A DNA stretch of 64,000 nt, from positions 192,198 through 256,197 of the forward strand of contig NMRA01000598.1 in assembly GCA_002633005.1 (NCBI GenBank), read 5' to 3'. Under the pieces are notes generated by a model. The model had not been told where the DNA came from, made no database searches, and was given only the letters and a program-made list of their open reading frames with translations. Shown here piece by piece: positions 26,254 to 39,400 of this stretch (positions within the stretch are counted from its first letter, which is position 1; every line of letters begins with the position of its first letter). The stretch comes from Phoronis australis. Its lineage: Eukaryota; Animalia; Phoronida. A program made the position numbers and the translations under genes.

Positions 26254-26590
26254 TGATCAAAGAATCAAACGAAGGATATTGTTCATAAATTTTAGCGATC
26301 GAAGAATCAAACGAAGGATATTGTTCATAAATTTTAGCGATCGAAGAATCAAACGAAGGATATTGTTCATAAATTTTAGCGATCGAAGAATCAAACGAAG
26401 GATATTGTTCATAAATTTTAGCGATCGAAGAATCAAACGAAGGATATTGTTCATAAATTTTAGCGATCGAAGAATCAAACGAAGGATATTGTTCATAAAT
26501 TTTAGCGATCGAAGAATCAAACGAAGGATATTGTTCATAAATTTTAGCGATCGAAGAATCAAACGAAGGATATTGTTCATAATCTTAGCG
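26254..26590. repeat. 42-bp minisatellite, about 8 near-perfect copies
   Basis: Unit cgatcgaagaatcaaacgaaggatattgttcataaattttag repeated head-to-tail with no spacers. Confidence 0.97.
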
Positions 26591-27055
26591 ACACCTAAGG
26601 TTAAAAATGGGCCACACGCTTTGTCCCGGTTTAACTTATCCAAATGTTTCCAAGTCACTGACGCCAAAATCTGGCCCCGTAACCTTTAGAAAACAGTTTT
26701 TTTTGGAAACGTGCGTAGTTCCGTACTCAAGGACATGTAGAAGATCCCCTGAAGTGATGATTTCAGCCGCTGAACTTCCACGGATGTCGTGAAGGAGTCA
26801 CCGACTGCACTCTTCCAAGAAATGCTCGCGTAAGCCCAAGAATCGGCATGCCGACAATGTTTCACTGTTATCTTGTCTGTCTCCTCGAACCCCACCCCAC
26901 ATGACATTTGACCTCTGTGATCCCTATTGTGCTGATAGCGTCAATTCCTACCGGACTGTGTGTGTGCCATTTTCTTTCTATTGTTGAAATGAGGCGGGAA
27001 TTTTAATGGCAGCAAAATGATGACTGCAGTACAGTGTAAATAGGTTCGAGACTAG

Positions 27056-27303
27056 GGGCCTGTTCCAAGAAACTGACTTAAGTTCATTTTTGACTTAAGT
27101 TTAAGATTTGTCTTAAATTCCAAACTTTGAAACTTCCACATTTGGTAAGTTAGTCAAAATTAAGACAAAACTTCTGTCAAACACTTAAATCAAACTCATA
27201 ATCTCTATTTTGAATTGGTTTTCAGACAACTTTAACTTATATTTTAAAATTTACTGAAATGTAAGATTTGTCTTAGCTAAGTCAGTTTTGTTGGAACGGG
27301 CCC
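27056..27303. mobile_element. PIF/Harbinger-type MITE
   Basis: TIRs gggcctgttccaagaaactgactta / taagtcagttttgttggaacgggccc; 3-bp TSD TAG (27053-27055, 27304-27306). Confidence 0.8.
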
Positions 27304-27665
27304 TAGGACTATAATATTACTCCCAGGTTCGAGCAGAATATTGTCTTCGTTTTGTCTAGTGGAATATTATTTTATTGCTGTCGTCAATTTGTAACGATTG
27401 TTACCGTGACGGCATGTGGCCATTGACGATAGATAATGCAGCAACTGTCGATTTGTCGAGTAAACTTGACAAATCAAGCCTCGTCTTTAAAGAGACTAAT
27501 AAGGTAAACGCCAAATGTAAATCAAATTCGTACTCATGTCAAAAGTCGCAGGTTTGAGACTACACACTAAAATAGTTTTCGCTTCAAAACATTTTCGAAA
27601 GTGTGGTGTTATGTGTACGTAGAGATTATAAATTTGACCATCGTCATAATCATTTCGAGAAATTG

Positions 27666-27770
27666 CTGGCAATCTTGTTATTAAGGGAATCAATGGCAAT
27701 CTTGTTATTAAGGGAAGCAAAGCCGTTTTCACAATCTTGTTATTAAGGGAAGCAAAGCCGTTTTCACAAT
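27666..27770. repeat. Short tandem repeat (aatcttgttattaagggaa core, 3 copies)
   Basis: Directly visible duplications. Confidence 0.85.
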
Positions 27771-27912
27771 GGGTACCTCCGAATCCTGCTCCTCATCATA
27801 CTAATGACAGTTATGATTTTTGTACTTAATTTATATTCACCTGTAGCCAGGCATGTGTGTGCTATGGGGTATTTTAAATGCCGTATCTCGACTGCCTTCC
27901 ATTTCCTTACTT

Positions 27913-28299
27913 GGGAATTTTTATTATAAATTTAAATTTTGCACTTTCCCGTTTCTATGGAAACGCGCGTCTTGGGCATTACGAAAGGATTGACCAAAAT
28001 TGTGTGATATTCAGGCGTTTACTGACGCGTTAGTTCGAGAGGAATCGACTGGTTCCGCCTCCCTATAAGAGTGGACCGGGAAGCATTTTTCGCATCTGGT
28101 TCAAAAACGAGTGGTTTTAGCAGTTTTGATTTGGTTGAGAGAGAGTGAGTTTGATGATAAATATAAATATTGGGATGTTTGTACTCGAGGCTTCAGTTGT
28201 ATTATTCTCGCACACTTCATTGCATCTAGATATTGGGAAGTGAGTTCCAGAAGCTTGTATTTTTATTATTTAAACATCTTTCACTTCACCTGCTTACAG
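27913..28299 (+). promoter_or_regulatory. Putative promoter, non-coding first exon and 60-nt intron of the TTC22-like gene
   Basis: kB-like GGGAATTTTT at 27913, ISRE-like ACTTTCCCGTTTC at 27943, TTCTATGGAA at 27953, TATAAGA at 28064; donor GTGAGT at 28240; polypyrimidine acceptor ...ctgcttacAG at 28299, just before the ATG. Confidence 0.5.
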
Positions 28300-28300
28300 G

Positions 28301-29683
28301 ATGATGGACATCCTCTGCTCCGGAACACCTAATGAGACCATGAATCTATTTTTTCAGGAGCTGTGTCCGGGACATTTCGAGCATCCTTTTCTGTCCAACT
28401 TAGGCGGTGACAAAATGTACTTGGAAGGCCTCAGAGATCGTTTAAAGTCTGAGTTCGAAGACGAACCGTTTGTTAGGAGACACGCTATTATGAATTTGAT
28501 GGGTGTCGTGGACTGCTTATTGGGCGACATCACCGAAGGCAAAAATTGGTTCTCCAAAGTCTTGAAAGAAGACGAAGAAAACCTGAACTCCTTGAAAAAC
28601 CTCGAATGGGCGGATCGTAAGATCGGGTTGAAAACTGAGGCCGATACAACTAAGTCAAAACTTGAGACAATGTTGAAGGAAAAGAGCCCCGAAGAAGACC
28701 TCGTTTGGAAGGCTCGTGCCTTGATTGAGATCGCTCGGGCAGCCTGTTTGACCGACCAACACCACAAACAGGATGACATAGCTTTTGGACAGAAGATGTT
28801 CGATTCTGCATTAGCTTTAGGTAAGGATAATCCGGACAAAGATGAATATTGTGACTGGAAGTTGGGCTACGCTTTTCATTTGATGCGAATGGCTAAGAAA
28901 GTGAGGAACATTAATAAGAATGATGATCGTTACTTCAAGCGTGCGCTGGAAACGTTTTATGATGTGGCGAAGTATTGTGAGGGCGAAGTCAATGGTTCGC
29001 GTGGACTAAATCGACAGGCATCTGCAGATCGCGACAGTGATCACCACTCGTTTCTCCACGATCGCAACGATGAAAGAGTCCGCGACATGTGCGGGAAGGC
29101 ATGGGCTTTCGCTGGAGTTCTATTATTTTGGTATAAAGGTCGATACGACATGTTGTCAGCAGTCGTTGCCAACTGCCATCCCTCAGATGCCAGACTTGAT
29201 GGCATCCAGTGCCTGAGTAAGGCCGAGCGGGCTTCGCCAGATTGCGGTGCAGTATTGAGACGCGTCGCCCAAACATATATGGAGAACAAGAAGCTGACGA
29301 AAGCGTTGGAGACAGCAGAAAAAGCCGTTGCGGCCCAGGGCATTGGCTTTGCGTATTACGTTCGCGGGCAAATTCGTTTAGAATTATACAGGCAAGATGA
29401 AAGCAACCGAGAAAATTTGAAGCGCGCTTTGGAAGATTTACAAAAAGCGCACGAGAAACATTTCCGACCGTCTTACGCCGTGAGAGATATCGCGATTGCT
29501 CTACGTTATGACGGTCAGCTGGAAAAGGCGCTGGAATATTTCAAGCGGTCAGAGGATGCTGCCGGGGGTAACAAAGATTACCGCATGTATCTGGAGTGGG
29601 CGAAATGTCTTAACGAAAAGGGTGAATACCAGACATCAAAAGATAAAAGACAAATGGCAGACAGCATTTTGGCTGAAAATTAG
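28301..29683 (+). CDS. TTC22-like tetratricopeptide repeat protein, 460 aa, single coding exon
   Basis: N-terminus ELCPGHF...LRDRLKSEF...RHAIMNLMG...LGDITEGKNWFSKVL..DEENLNSLKNL resembles TTC22 as recalled (YLPGHF...AVRHLLG...PGNLNAWANL); several TPR helix pairs in the C-terminal half. Confidence 0.8.
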   Translation: MMDILCSGTPNETMNLFFQELCPGHFEHPFLSNLGGDKMYLEGLRDRLKSEFEDEPFVRRHAIMNLMGVVDCLLGDITEGKNWFSKVLKEDEENLNSLKNLEWADRKIGLKTEADTTKSKLETMLKEKSPEEDLVWKARALIEIARAACLTDQHHKQDDIAFGQKMFDSALALGKDNPDKDEYCDWKLGYAFHLMRMAKKVRNINKNDDRYFKRALETFYDVAKYCEGEVNGSRGLNRQASADRDSDHHSFLHDRNDERVRDMCGKAWAFAGVLLFWYKGRYDMLSAVVANCHPSDARLDGIQCLSKAERASPDCGAVLRRVAQTYMENKKLTKALETAEKAVAAQGIGFAYYVRGQIRLELYRQDESNRENLKRALEDLQKAHEKHFRPSYAVRDIAIALRYDGQLEKALEYFKRSEDAAGGNKDYRMYLEWAKCLNEKGEYQTSKDKRQMADSILAEN

Positions 29684-30037
29684 ATCGCACCAAATGACAC
29701 TGGGAAAATACTGCAAGGTTATGCGTTTTTGTTCGTGTTTATTTCGTTGCCTGTAACTTTGCACAGGATACTGCTAATCAACGTCGAATCACCCGTTTAT
29801 GATACACAAGATGTACACGTGTATAAAAAAATGGATGTACATGTACACTGTATGTTATGACTCATTCAGTACAAGTATACTATGAAGACAATTATGAGTC
29901 GTTACTGAACTTACTTGAAATGAAAGGACAACGTTTCGCCATCGTACTGTCTGGTGATTTTTTCAAGCCTGCTAGTGTGCTACCTCTGGTGAATTCGGTC
30001 GGAGTTTAGAAAATCGGGGAGAAACTTAGAAGGCAGT

Positions 30038-30190
30038 GCCCGGTTGCATGAAACAGTCCTAAGTTGGGGCTCAATTAAGGTTCCTAAATCTACTACGTAT
30101 TTGCCCGTTTGTGAAAACACCGATTGTCATATCGTATGCTGTTTGAGTATCATTACTATGCCAATTTTTGGCTTTTATGAAAATCGAGAG
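30038..30190 (+). mobile_element. Partial copy (left end) of the MITE at 58452-58882
   Basis: cccggttgcatgaaacagtcc...taaatctact.cgtatttg...gaaaa.accgattgtc is shared with 58453-58545. Confidence 0.7.
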
Positions 30191-33100
30191 TGTTGTTGTC
30201 ACGTGACGTTTGTTTTGAAGTTTGTATGCGTGTGTGTGAGAGTAAGCGTGCGTGTGCTTGTCATCAGAGTTCATTTGCCAGAGTAATGTAATGATCTAGG
30301 TGTGCATTGTATCCAAAAAAAAAATAAGTCAAGCAGTCAAGCAGAGCGTGTTTTAATATTTACGACTTAGCACTTGCTGGCCTCATCTGCTAAAAACGTT
30401 CGAGAATTTTTTCGGTAAGACCGACATGTCACTCATTGAGTCGCCGGGTGAGTGGATGCGTGACCGTAGTGTAACAGCTATTTCCCGGAAGATTTGGGGT
30501 GTAAGGGTGCGAAGTGGGTCATTTTGACCTTAAAAACACCAATTATGATTAGTTAAATAATTTCTCTTAAAAATAATGCAGAAGCTTTTTACGGTATTGG
30601 AAACTTTCGGAAATTAGTGCCAATATTTATTTGCCGATGCTTACCCAATTAATCTTCGATGACAGTCGGTACATTATGCAGCGCGCGCTTCTTGGTCGCG
30701 TGCTAACACAGGTCGAGTTTTTTTATTAGTCTTCGATTCACGGTTTTCACATGCACAAAGAAGTTTGAGGCCGGAGAAGATCTGTACTGGAAAGAAACAA
30801 TGCAATCCCGCTCTTTGACAAGTACGCTCTGTCTGTTTTCAAAGTCCAGACCCGCGTAGTGGGGCACATCCCTCGCAAGAGCAGCAAAACTTCTGCGTTT
30901 TTTTTGAATCCCGGCGTAAGTTTGAAGTGTACGGACATAACGGTGAGGCTCGTGGTCCGTTACAAATTTAGGCTGTCGGATCTTTCAATTGATAAATTGG
31001 AGACGTTAGAACTGTATGTAAGGGCATTTTTCGCATGTAGTTCATGGGCTGGGCGCTTACTTTAGCAAAGTCTGAAAACGCGTTGGGGCACTTGTTGAGT
31101 CATGGGCGCTAATTAGGGCGAATAGCGGCAGAATTACATACAACAGCGTAGTTTAATGCACACAAATTACACGTCGTGCAAACCAGTCGGCCATCCCGTT
31201 TACCATCAACAATCCCAGTAGCCTTTGCGCACCCTAGTTTCCGAACATGCGCAATCGTTAAATCGATTCGGTTGCAACTCCGCCGACAGGAGTCGCGTTC
31301 CTAAACATGGCTCGCTCTGTTGGCGTATCGGCGTACTGGTTATTGTATTCCGCGATGTTCGAACGGCTAGAAAAAATACGGACACTGAATTGTGTTATAC
31401 AATCCTTAAGGACGTTGAGATTCGGAAGCGTTGGGTCGTTGTCCTACGCCCCGAAGAAGGAAAATGTGTCCTTGTAAAATTTATAAATGTTTTCGAAAAG
31501 GGGGCTGGCCAGTGGGGGAGGAACGGTGACACTGAGGTTGAAATTCAAGCCTCCTCTTTAAACCGGAGACAAGGCTTGAGATTCAACCTCATTTTGGCTA
31601 TCACACACCTGGGACAGGATTCTGACTAAAGTTTCCGCCGATTTTTTTAAGTTTTACTCATTTCTAGGAGTAGGAAGGCTTCCGCAGAGCGAGCGTGGCG
31701 GTTAAGTCAAAGTCAGCGGCCATGGCGTTGGTTTGGGAAAAAGCGTGGTCGGAAAAAATCAATTACAAATACAGTAAGCAAACATGTATTTGTTTATTTG
31801 ATATCACAACCTGGAAATTATTAATGCATGACTACCGGGTACTGATCACAGCAATATGCGTTAATCTCGTTGTTCGGACAATCAAGTTAAGTCGGAACTG
31901 GGTGCATGATCTCGCCCGGGGGGAAATCTCTCTGTCGCCTTGGATACTACTTAACGGAGGTTTACTGTACTATCATAATTTCCCACGCGACACAGCCATA
32001 GTTCCCACTAAACTAAACAGAAAAGATCGACGTTGCATTGCTTTTTGAGGGCATCAGCTTTTTCCCATAAAACTATGAAAAACAACGCGACGTCGGGTGT
32101 TTTTGGGTGCCACTCTCCCATTCGACAACTAACGCTGTCGGTATCTCCAATGAGCTATATATCTATATTTATCCCATACGCGTTGAATCTGTCGAGGGAA
32201 ATACGGCCATGTGTTAAAATTTTCCGTATCCACCTCCATCAACAGTGACCTCTGACATGGAAAGTTCAAAAGGTAGGTCAATGTCGACTCTTCAGTCGGT
32301 TCGATCATTAAACTTTCCGAATATAGTTTAAAGTAATACAGTTGCAGCAGTGTAACTAACACTGGGCATGCAACCAGGCCCTAAGCGCAAAATTGGGAAC
32401 AAAATCGTTATAAGACACTTATGCCTCAGTTTTCAATTGCTGAATACTACGTCCTCTGCAACTCAGGTGCCGATTCCTAGGAAACTAAAATATTAAATAT
32501 TGTTGTTTTTAACTATTTCCAGGAGATGTTACAAGTTCACTGCACAGTTGCGGTTGCTTTCATTTTTGTTACCCCTTTTAAAGAACTAAATCGTTACTTT
32601 TAAAACTGTTTCTTTTACAAGTCAAGAGAAACTTGCAACCTAACGCGCAAGTACATTACGGCGTTTTCCTGTTGCCCCCAACTTGTTCGATTCTATAGCC
32701 CAACAACAAGTGATTAACTCCATTCTGGAATTTATGGTTGGAGGGCCAGCTCTCTTTTGTTCGATAATTGCTCTACTCCAAGAAGATTGTATCTACCCTG
32801 ACTGGGCTGTGCTGTTAAAAATAAAAGTTAAGTTCTAACATATTTGAACATAAATCAATAGCATTTCTGAAATCTTCGTCAAATTGTGATCGTGTTTAGT
32901 TTTTGAATCGCCAAAATCACCCAACTGCCGACAACCGGAGTTACAATCTATTCTTTCCGAATACACTAATTCACTCCGAGTTTGTGTTAACACGCGGTCT
33001 GTAATAAGCCTGGTAGATAATTGGCCTGCTTGTTGTCATAACTGACAAAAGAGTGTGCTTGGCAGTTAACAAAGAAGCTAGATGTTATTCATCACTCGCT

Positions 33101-34915
33101 CGGAACCCCCTACGTCTGGTAAAGTCACTGAACGGGAAAACGCAGTCATGACATACATATAGGATGCGATCCGCCATGTGAACAGTCTAGGTGAAGTATT
33201 TGAAAACGTTGCCGAAAAATATAAGAAACTCAGGAATTCGAAGCGCATGGGATACGTAGGCCTACAAAATGTACCTCGATTGGCGTACATGAAGTATTAT
33301 CCCACTCAACCTGTCTCGTGGGATATTACTTCATGTACGCCACTCTCGTTTTGTTTTGTGCATTTATCTCATTAGGCAAGTCTTTGTGTGTTGCAGCGAT
33401 TATTTTACTCTTTCGTTTTGGCTTATACCCAGATGTCCCGCTATATTTTATCTTGGAAGTCACACGCTTTTCAAAACAGTTGTTCCATTGCCGAGAAAAC
33501 GGGTTTAGTAGGGACCAAAAGTTAAATCCAAATAAACGTCCGGGTGTGATTGGAAGTAGCTCGGTTGTACCAGTACCTGGGACGTTTTGCTCATATACAC
33601 GATATTGTAGACTTATAAATGACTCTACAGGCATTTAGTTTATTGTTAAAGGTTTACTTCAGATACGGCTTTGGTGTCCGTTTCTTAGTGAAACAGGAGA
33701 AAGGTTCCTACACTGTACATCTGTCAAATGGATAATTGTTCGGGATACCGTTAGTAACAAACAAGATAGAGTTTATGGGCGATTGAGGAAAATGAGACCA
33801 TGAAAACTGAATTGCTGCTGATGCGGAAAACACGTGGACGCATTTCCGGCCTTGCGTCCGTGCGTGGTGCTGCTTCCGCCTGTCTGACATATTTGATAGA
33901 CGAATGGATAAACACTCAAGTACATAATAATGAAGCGATATTTCGCAGTTTTTAAATTAAAGGCAGCGTAGTGGAATGTTTGAAGGGATAAAACACAAAA
34001 AGCATGGATTCCCACACACGCACCAGCAAAATTAGGAATGCCAGGTTGCACTAATATGCGCATGGGCAGTAAGAAGTGTGAACACGGAATTGAATGAATC
34101 GATGAATTAAAATAGGTGCCAATAGCCCCAACAGAAGTGATATTCAACTGTGATTTCAATGCAGCAAACAAAATTAGTTATACAGGATGAATATTTAAAT
34201 ATGTCTTTTCTGTAGTTTTTGACATTTTGAACCAATTGGAGTCAATTGAAATGGTGTGCTATTGCCGACACGCAATTTGTACTGTAAGCTGGCCACTAGA
34301 ATGATCGAGGGAAGGCTGTGTGTGTATACCATATTGAAATAAAGTTGTCTGTGATACAAAAATCATATATTACAAGTGCAGGTATTGTACCATCAAGTGT
34401 ATAAGAGCATAAATACAAACTAACATTGATGTTTCTTGTTTTTGAAAGCTATAAAAACTCTCATGCCAAGTCAGTATGGACAAAAACATGAAAAAACATG
34501 TCAAGAAAAACCCCAATAAGTAATTTTACAAAAGCAACAGCTATTACTTCCTTACAGGAAACAATAAAGATGTCATTTAATATTAGTAAAAAGAACAAGC
34601 AAAACAAACTACCCACCAAAAGTAATAAAATAAAGTTAAAGAATTTTCGTGATCACATATCCCTGTTTTGAGGAAATCAAAGGAGACCTTTGAACTATTT
34701 AATTTTTAACTTGATCGGGTCAAAAAATTAATCATCAGTAAAAGTACTGTTTTGCAGATTTTTCACTAGAGTTTCCCAATATTTCTTTTGAAAACTACTG
34801 AGATAGCGTCTATACTATCAAATCGCACAGGCGATCCTGACTCCAGACAAATTTTGACCAATCTGGAAGACAGTTGTGACTGCTGGGCCCCCCAAAGAAT
34901 GTCAATCCCAGGTTT

Positions 34916-36212
34916 AACAAGAGCAACGCAGAGCGTTGAAATGCGCCCACGAATGCACTGCAAATGGTGTGCTTATAGGGTCATTTATTTGTACCATAAA
35001 TATGGAAGCTAGATGGCGCAAAAACATACAATCCATCCAAAACCAGGAACATGCCATATTTCCTAAAAATCTGTCAAGGAACTTCAGAGAAACAAAGGAA
35101 AACATGTAATAAAATGAAATTGCAACTAGTGGGCACAATGTCCGTTGGATCTGCCTGAAAGTAGTCGTCGTCTGTTGTTATCTTCATATAAATACACTTA
35201 CTAAATTCAGTGAAGTGGGTTTAAGAGATACAACTATGGGCGCAAAACAAAACTACCACTAGGAGGCGCCACAGTAATCAGTCACCATCTTTCAACAAAG
35301 GTCGCCTTCACACTGAGAACATATATGCCAATTTTCAAATGATTTGGTTGATACAGGAATGCACACCAAAAGCAAGATTTGAAAACGGCAAAAGTGGCCA
35401 CTAGGTGGTGCAAAATACCTCGATTCCATCCAAAAAAAGGCAGATAGCATCATCACACTAATAAATGCCTATATTTAAAATTTTATGAAAATCTGTTGAG
35501 GACCTTTGAAGATACTGAGTTAAACATAAAAAAATAAAATTGACACTAGGGGGCACAGCAGTAGTCAGATCTGTCTGAAACTCGTCGTCATCCGTAGTCA
35601 ACATCACATAAATAAACTTACTAAATTAAGTAAAGATCCCGCCAACGGTTTAGGAGATACAGCCATAGGCGCAACAAAAACAAAACTGCCACTAGGAGGT
35701 GCAGCAGTAGTTGAAATCGTTGGAAAATCATCATCAACCGTCCTTTTCATAGTAAGCACATACATGCCAATTTTCACAATCATCCTTTGAGCGGTTTGGT
35801 TGATACAGGGGTGGATGCAAAAAAACAGACCTCAAAACAGAAAAAAATGGCCACTAGGTGGCACAAACTATGTCGGATCCATCCGAAAACGGGATGATAG
35901 TGTCATCTCACTAATAGGTGCCTACATACCAAATTTCATGAAAATCAGTTCATGACTTGTGAAGATACAAAGGTAAGCGTAAAAAACTAAAATTGCCACT
36001 AGGGAACACACCGGTAGTCGGATCCGTCCGAAAGTTTGCTCATGCCGTCCCATTCATAAATGGAACATATATGCCAAATTTCATGAACGTACGTCAACGG
36101 ATTGTGGAGATAGAACAGCGGATGCCGGACGGACGCCGTCCGGACGGAAGGACGGACGGAGATGACGGCATAATGCCTCCACATACAGTATAAATATGTA
36201 GGCGCATAAAAA
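34916..36212 (+). mobile_element. Non-autonomous Helentron/HINE (DINE-1-like) element, copy 1
   Basis: Starts aacaagagcaacgcagagcgttgaaatgcgcccac; internal ~145-bp gccactag core repeats; (GGAC)n tract; 3' hairpin/subTIR ...atgtaggcgcataaaa. Confidence 0.75.
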
Positions 36213-36427
36213 GTAGCTGGCTGGTGAAAGATTGATGGGTAACGTGGACAGACACAGTCGGAGCACTGATAATTCCCAGAACCTTTTGTTTCCTCCACGC
36301 AAACATGAGGTCTTCAAATATCAAATCACTACACACACATCACATGGACAATAAGTTCTAGCACGGCGACAGTCTACACACAACAGGATGACAGGAAACA
36401 GCCACGAAATGCCAAGTAAGTTACAGA

Positions 36428-39400
36428 CTACACCATATTCGCGCTCTCAGCAGAGGGTGGGGATTGGTCATCCTCTGCATCTTCAGTCAGCTGACTCAAC
36501 AGTAAAAAATTGAACTTCTCGAAACCTTCCTTGATAGAAGCGACATCTTTTGTGCTGCCCGCATGTAGTACCCACTGGCGACCAGCGCAAAGTTGGCTGA
36601 GATCCATCATATTGGACACCTGAAGTCAATGAACAATAGTTAAAAGTGGAATTACAATGTCTATCAGAAACAGATGATCAGTTGAACATAATTAAAGAGG
36701 CACTTCCAACTTCTGTGAAGCAAAATGGTAAAATGAACATGCTCATGTCTGGCATAAATGTATGCTTAAGTGAACAACAGTTATTAAGTAGCATTTCAAC
36801 ATTTGACAGAAACCTATGGCAAAATGAGCAATACATAAAGTGGCATTTCCATGACTATTGAAACTGAACATGGTAAAATGAACATTAATAGTTAAAGTGA
36901 GATTTCAAGGTGTGTCAGAAACTTTTAGAAAAAGAAATTGAGCTACTACTTTACTACTTTAACTTGTTAGCTTGCAAACAGTCAATTGAACACTGGAAGA
37001 TCAAAGTAATGTGTACATACTTACAGTGTGAGCAAGTGTTTGTGTGTGTATATATAAAATAGACTGAATCGTTGATTGATTTAATTTACTAGACCACTTG
37101 CTTGGGAAACACATTTACCTCTTCAGTAGACCGTGCATTCGGTTTATCTTGGCAACTAGCCAAAATCAAACAAGGTAGACCAGCCAAAGACTCGGCTCTT
37201 AAAATATTTCCAAGATCGCTAGCTGCTTCTTTAATGGTGACCTCGTCGTCGGCGCTGTCAACAACGAAAATCACTCCTTGAGTATCGTCTAAGTAGTGCT
37301 TCCAGTACTGACGGACATTATCACCCCCTGGGAAGAAAGACAAACAGTGAAGTTATCTCCCCCTGAGAAGACCGTGACAAACAATGGAGAATTGTGACTG
37401 CTCTATTGTAATAGCTAACAGGATTGTTTCCTGGAAGACTACAAAATGACAATTTAAGGTTGATGAACACCTAGAGCCAACTCTTGGTCATCACAAGTTC
37501 AATGTGATTATGATTCTCACAGCTCATTTTTGGCATTTCGCTCAGGGTCTGAACTCATTCCACAAGGGTGGGATTATTAGGATACTAGTGCCCAGACTGG
37601 TTACACAGGGTGATGACATCATCTGCATGCCAGGTCACAGACGCTGTTGTTTATGGATATGTAGGCGTATCTTTGGCAAATGTTAGTCAATTTTCACCAA
37701 AAACATACCATTGTGGTCGACATAACCTAAATTTATGAATGACTTTGAAAATTTAAGTAGAAAAATGCAACAGATAACCAATGCCCAGGCACAACCCACT
37801 CACAGACAGCAGACGGCTTATCGCTGTCATAAAACGTGAAGCTAAAACGTAAACAAACCACTGCATACATGTACTTGTAAATTGGCTGTCTGCAGTAACC
37901 TACCCCAACTTACGGACAGAAAGACGGACAGACGGATGCAGGACTTCAGACACTGAGCGGAATGTGGACAAGAACCGTGTAAAGTGAAATCGGCTGTTAT
38001 TTAAACGCTGATTTCCAATAACGACCTGTCATAATTTGCCACTCCGGATGTGGTTCTTCTTCACATATTCAGCACCCAACATGGGCAGATGCGAGATTTT
38101 ATTTTGTAACATTTCTCAATAAAGATAACACTGAAGAAAGCCTTAGTCCATTCGTAGTTTTGTTTAAACAGTGTAGATGTCATAAAGTATCATCAGGAAA
38201 AGTTCAAATGATTTCCAACAGGGCGATCGACATTTGAAAAATAGAAACATGACAACTTTGAAAATTATTCTGTGCAAAATAAATGAATAGTTCCCACACA
38301 CAAACGGTGGCTTCCGTTTGCACAAATCCATCATGATAAGGGACTTCTGTGTAACGTTATCACGACGTGTAACTTCCGAGTGCACTGTCCTATTTGAACA
38401 GCCTCAAGTGGTCACAAAAGTCACAGCTCACATACATGTATTACAATATCCAAAGTTTCACACATTTTACCCCTGTATCCTTCTATCATACATGTAATTC
38501 TCCACCATGGTAGTCGCCTACTTATGACATCATGACCACATCCATAGGTTGCAACTATAAAATCCATCCCTATATCCAGAAAGTCATCCATTATGTAGAT
38601 TACCATCAGGTGCATCGTTAAAAAAGTCAACGGTGTTACGTCACTGTGTTGACTAGCAGTGATAGGATAGGAAGAATCTAAATTGTCAGTAGGTAAAATT
38701 CTGCCAAAAGTACAATTGAAAGCAGTTTCCCAACAATATGGTCTGTGAATGAGATGCTCTCTTTAGCATTCAATCATGTGATGACATCACCAAATGTTTA
38801 AGGCTCCTCACCCTATCATCAACTGCCAAATGCCAACTGCCAACTGCCAACACCCCTCCAATGATGACACGATACGCAAAAGGTCCCCAAACAAAAAGGC
38901 TTACTACGTTCAGTCTCTCAAGCGACCTCAAGGAAGAAGGCGCAACCAGGGGCACGAACTGATACACAAAGCTATTTGTCAACACAAAATGAAAGCTTTT
39001 TGTCTTCAGCAACACAAGACACGAGACAAGAATGAAAATTATACAATAGCAATGCGAAGTGTTGAAATGCGTCCACGAATGCACCGCAAATGATGTGCTT
39101 CTAGTTGTGTTTATCTGTATCATAAAAATGGCCACTAGATGGTTCAGAATACATTGAACTCATCAAAAAGTGGAAAGGTGTCATCGCCTCTAAAAATGAA
39201 TTGCCAAATTTTTTGAAAATCCGTCAAAGAACTTAAAAGACAAATGTAAAAAGGATGCCATTAAGAACTACAGCTGCAGTAGTCGTATCTATCCATCTGC
39301 TGACAAGTCAATAGGAAAACAACTGCAAAAACATCTTGCAAAGGGTTTAGAATATACAACCTTTGTTGCAAAAAATGTCACTAGGGGGCACCACAGTAGC

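Noticed and set aside
26254-26590. CRISPR array, or a repeat protein from ORFs 26243-26689 / 26257-26667
   Set aside because: Units are contiguous with no unique spacers, there are no cas genes, and the context is eukaryotic; the ORFs are by-products of a stop-free 42-bp unit.
30300-34700. Numerous short ORFs of 60-134 aa
   Set aside because: No recognisable domains or consistent splice structure; consistent with chance ORFs in intergenic DNA.
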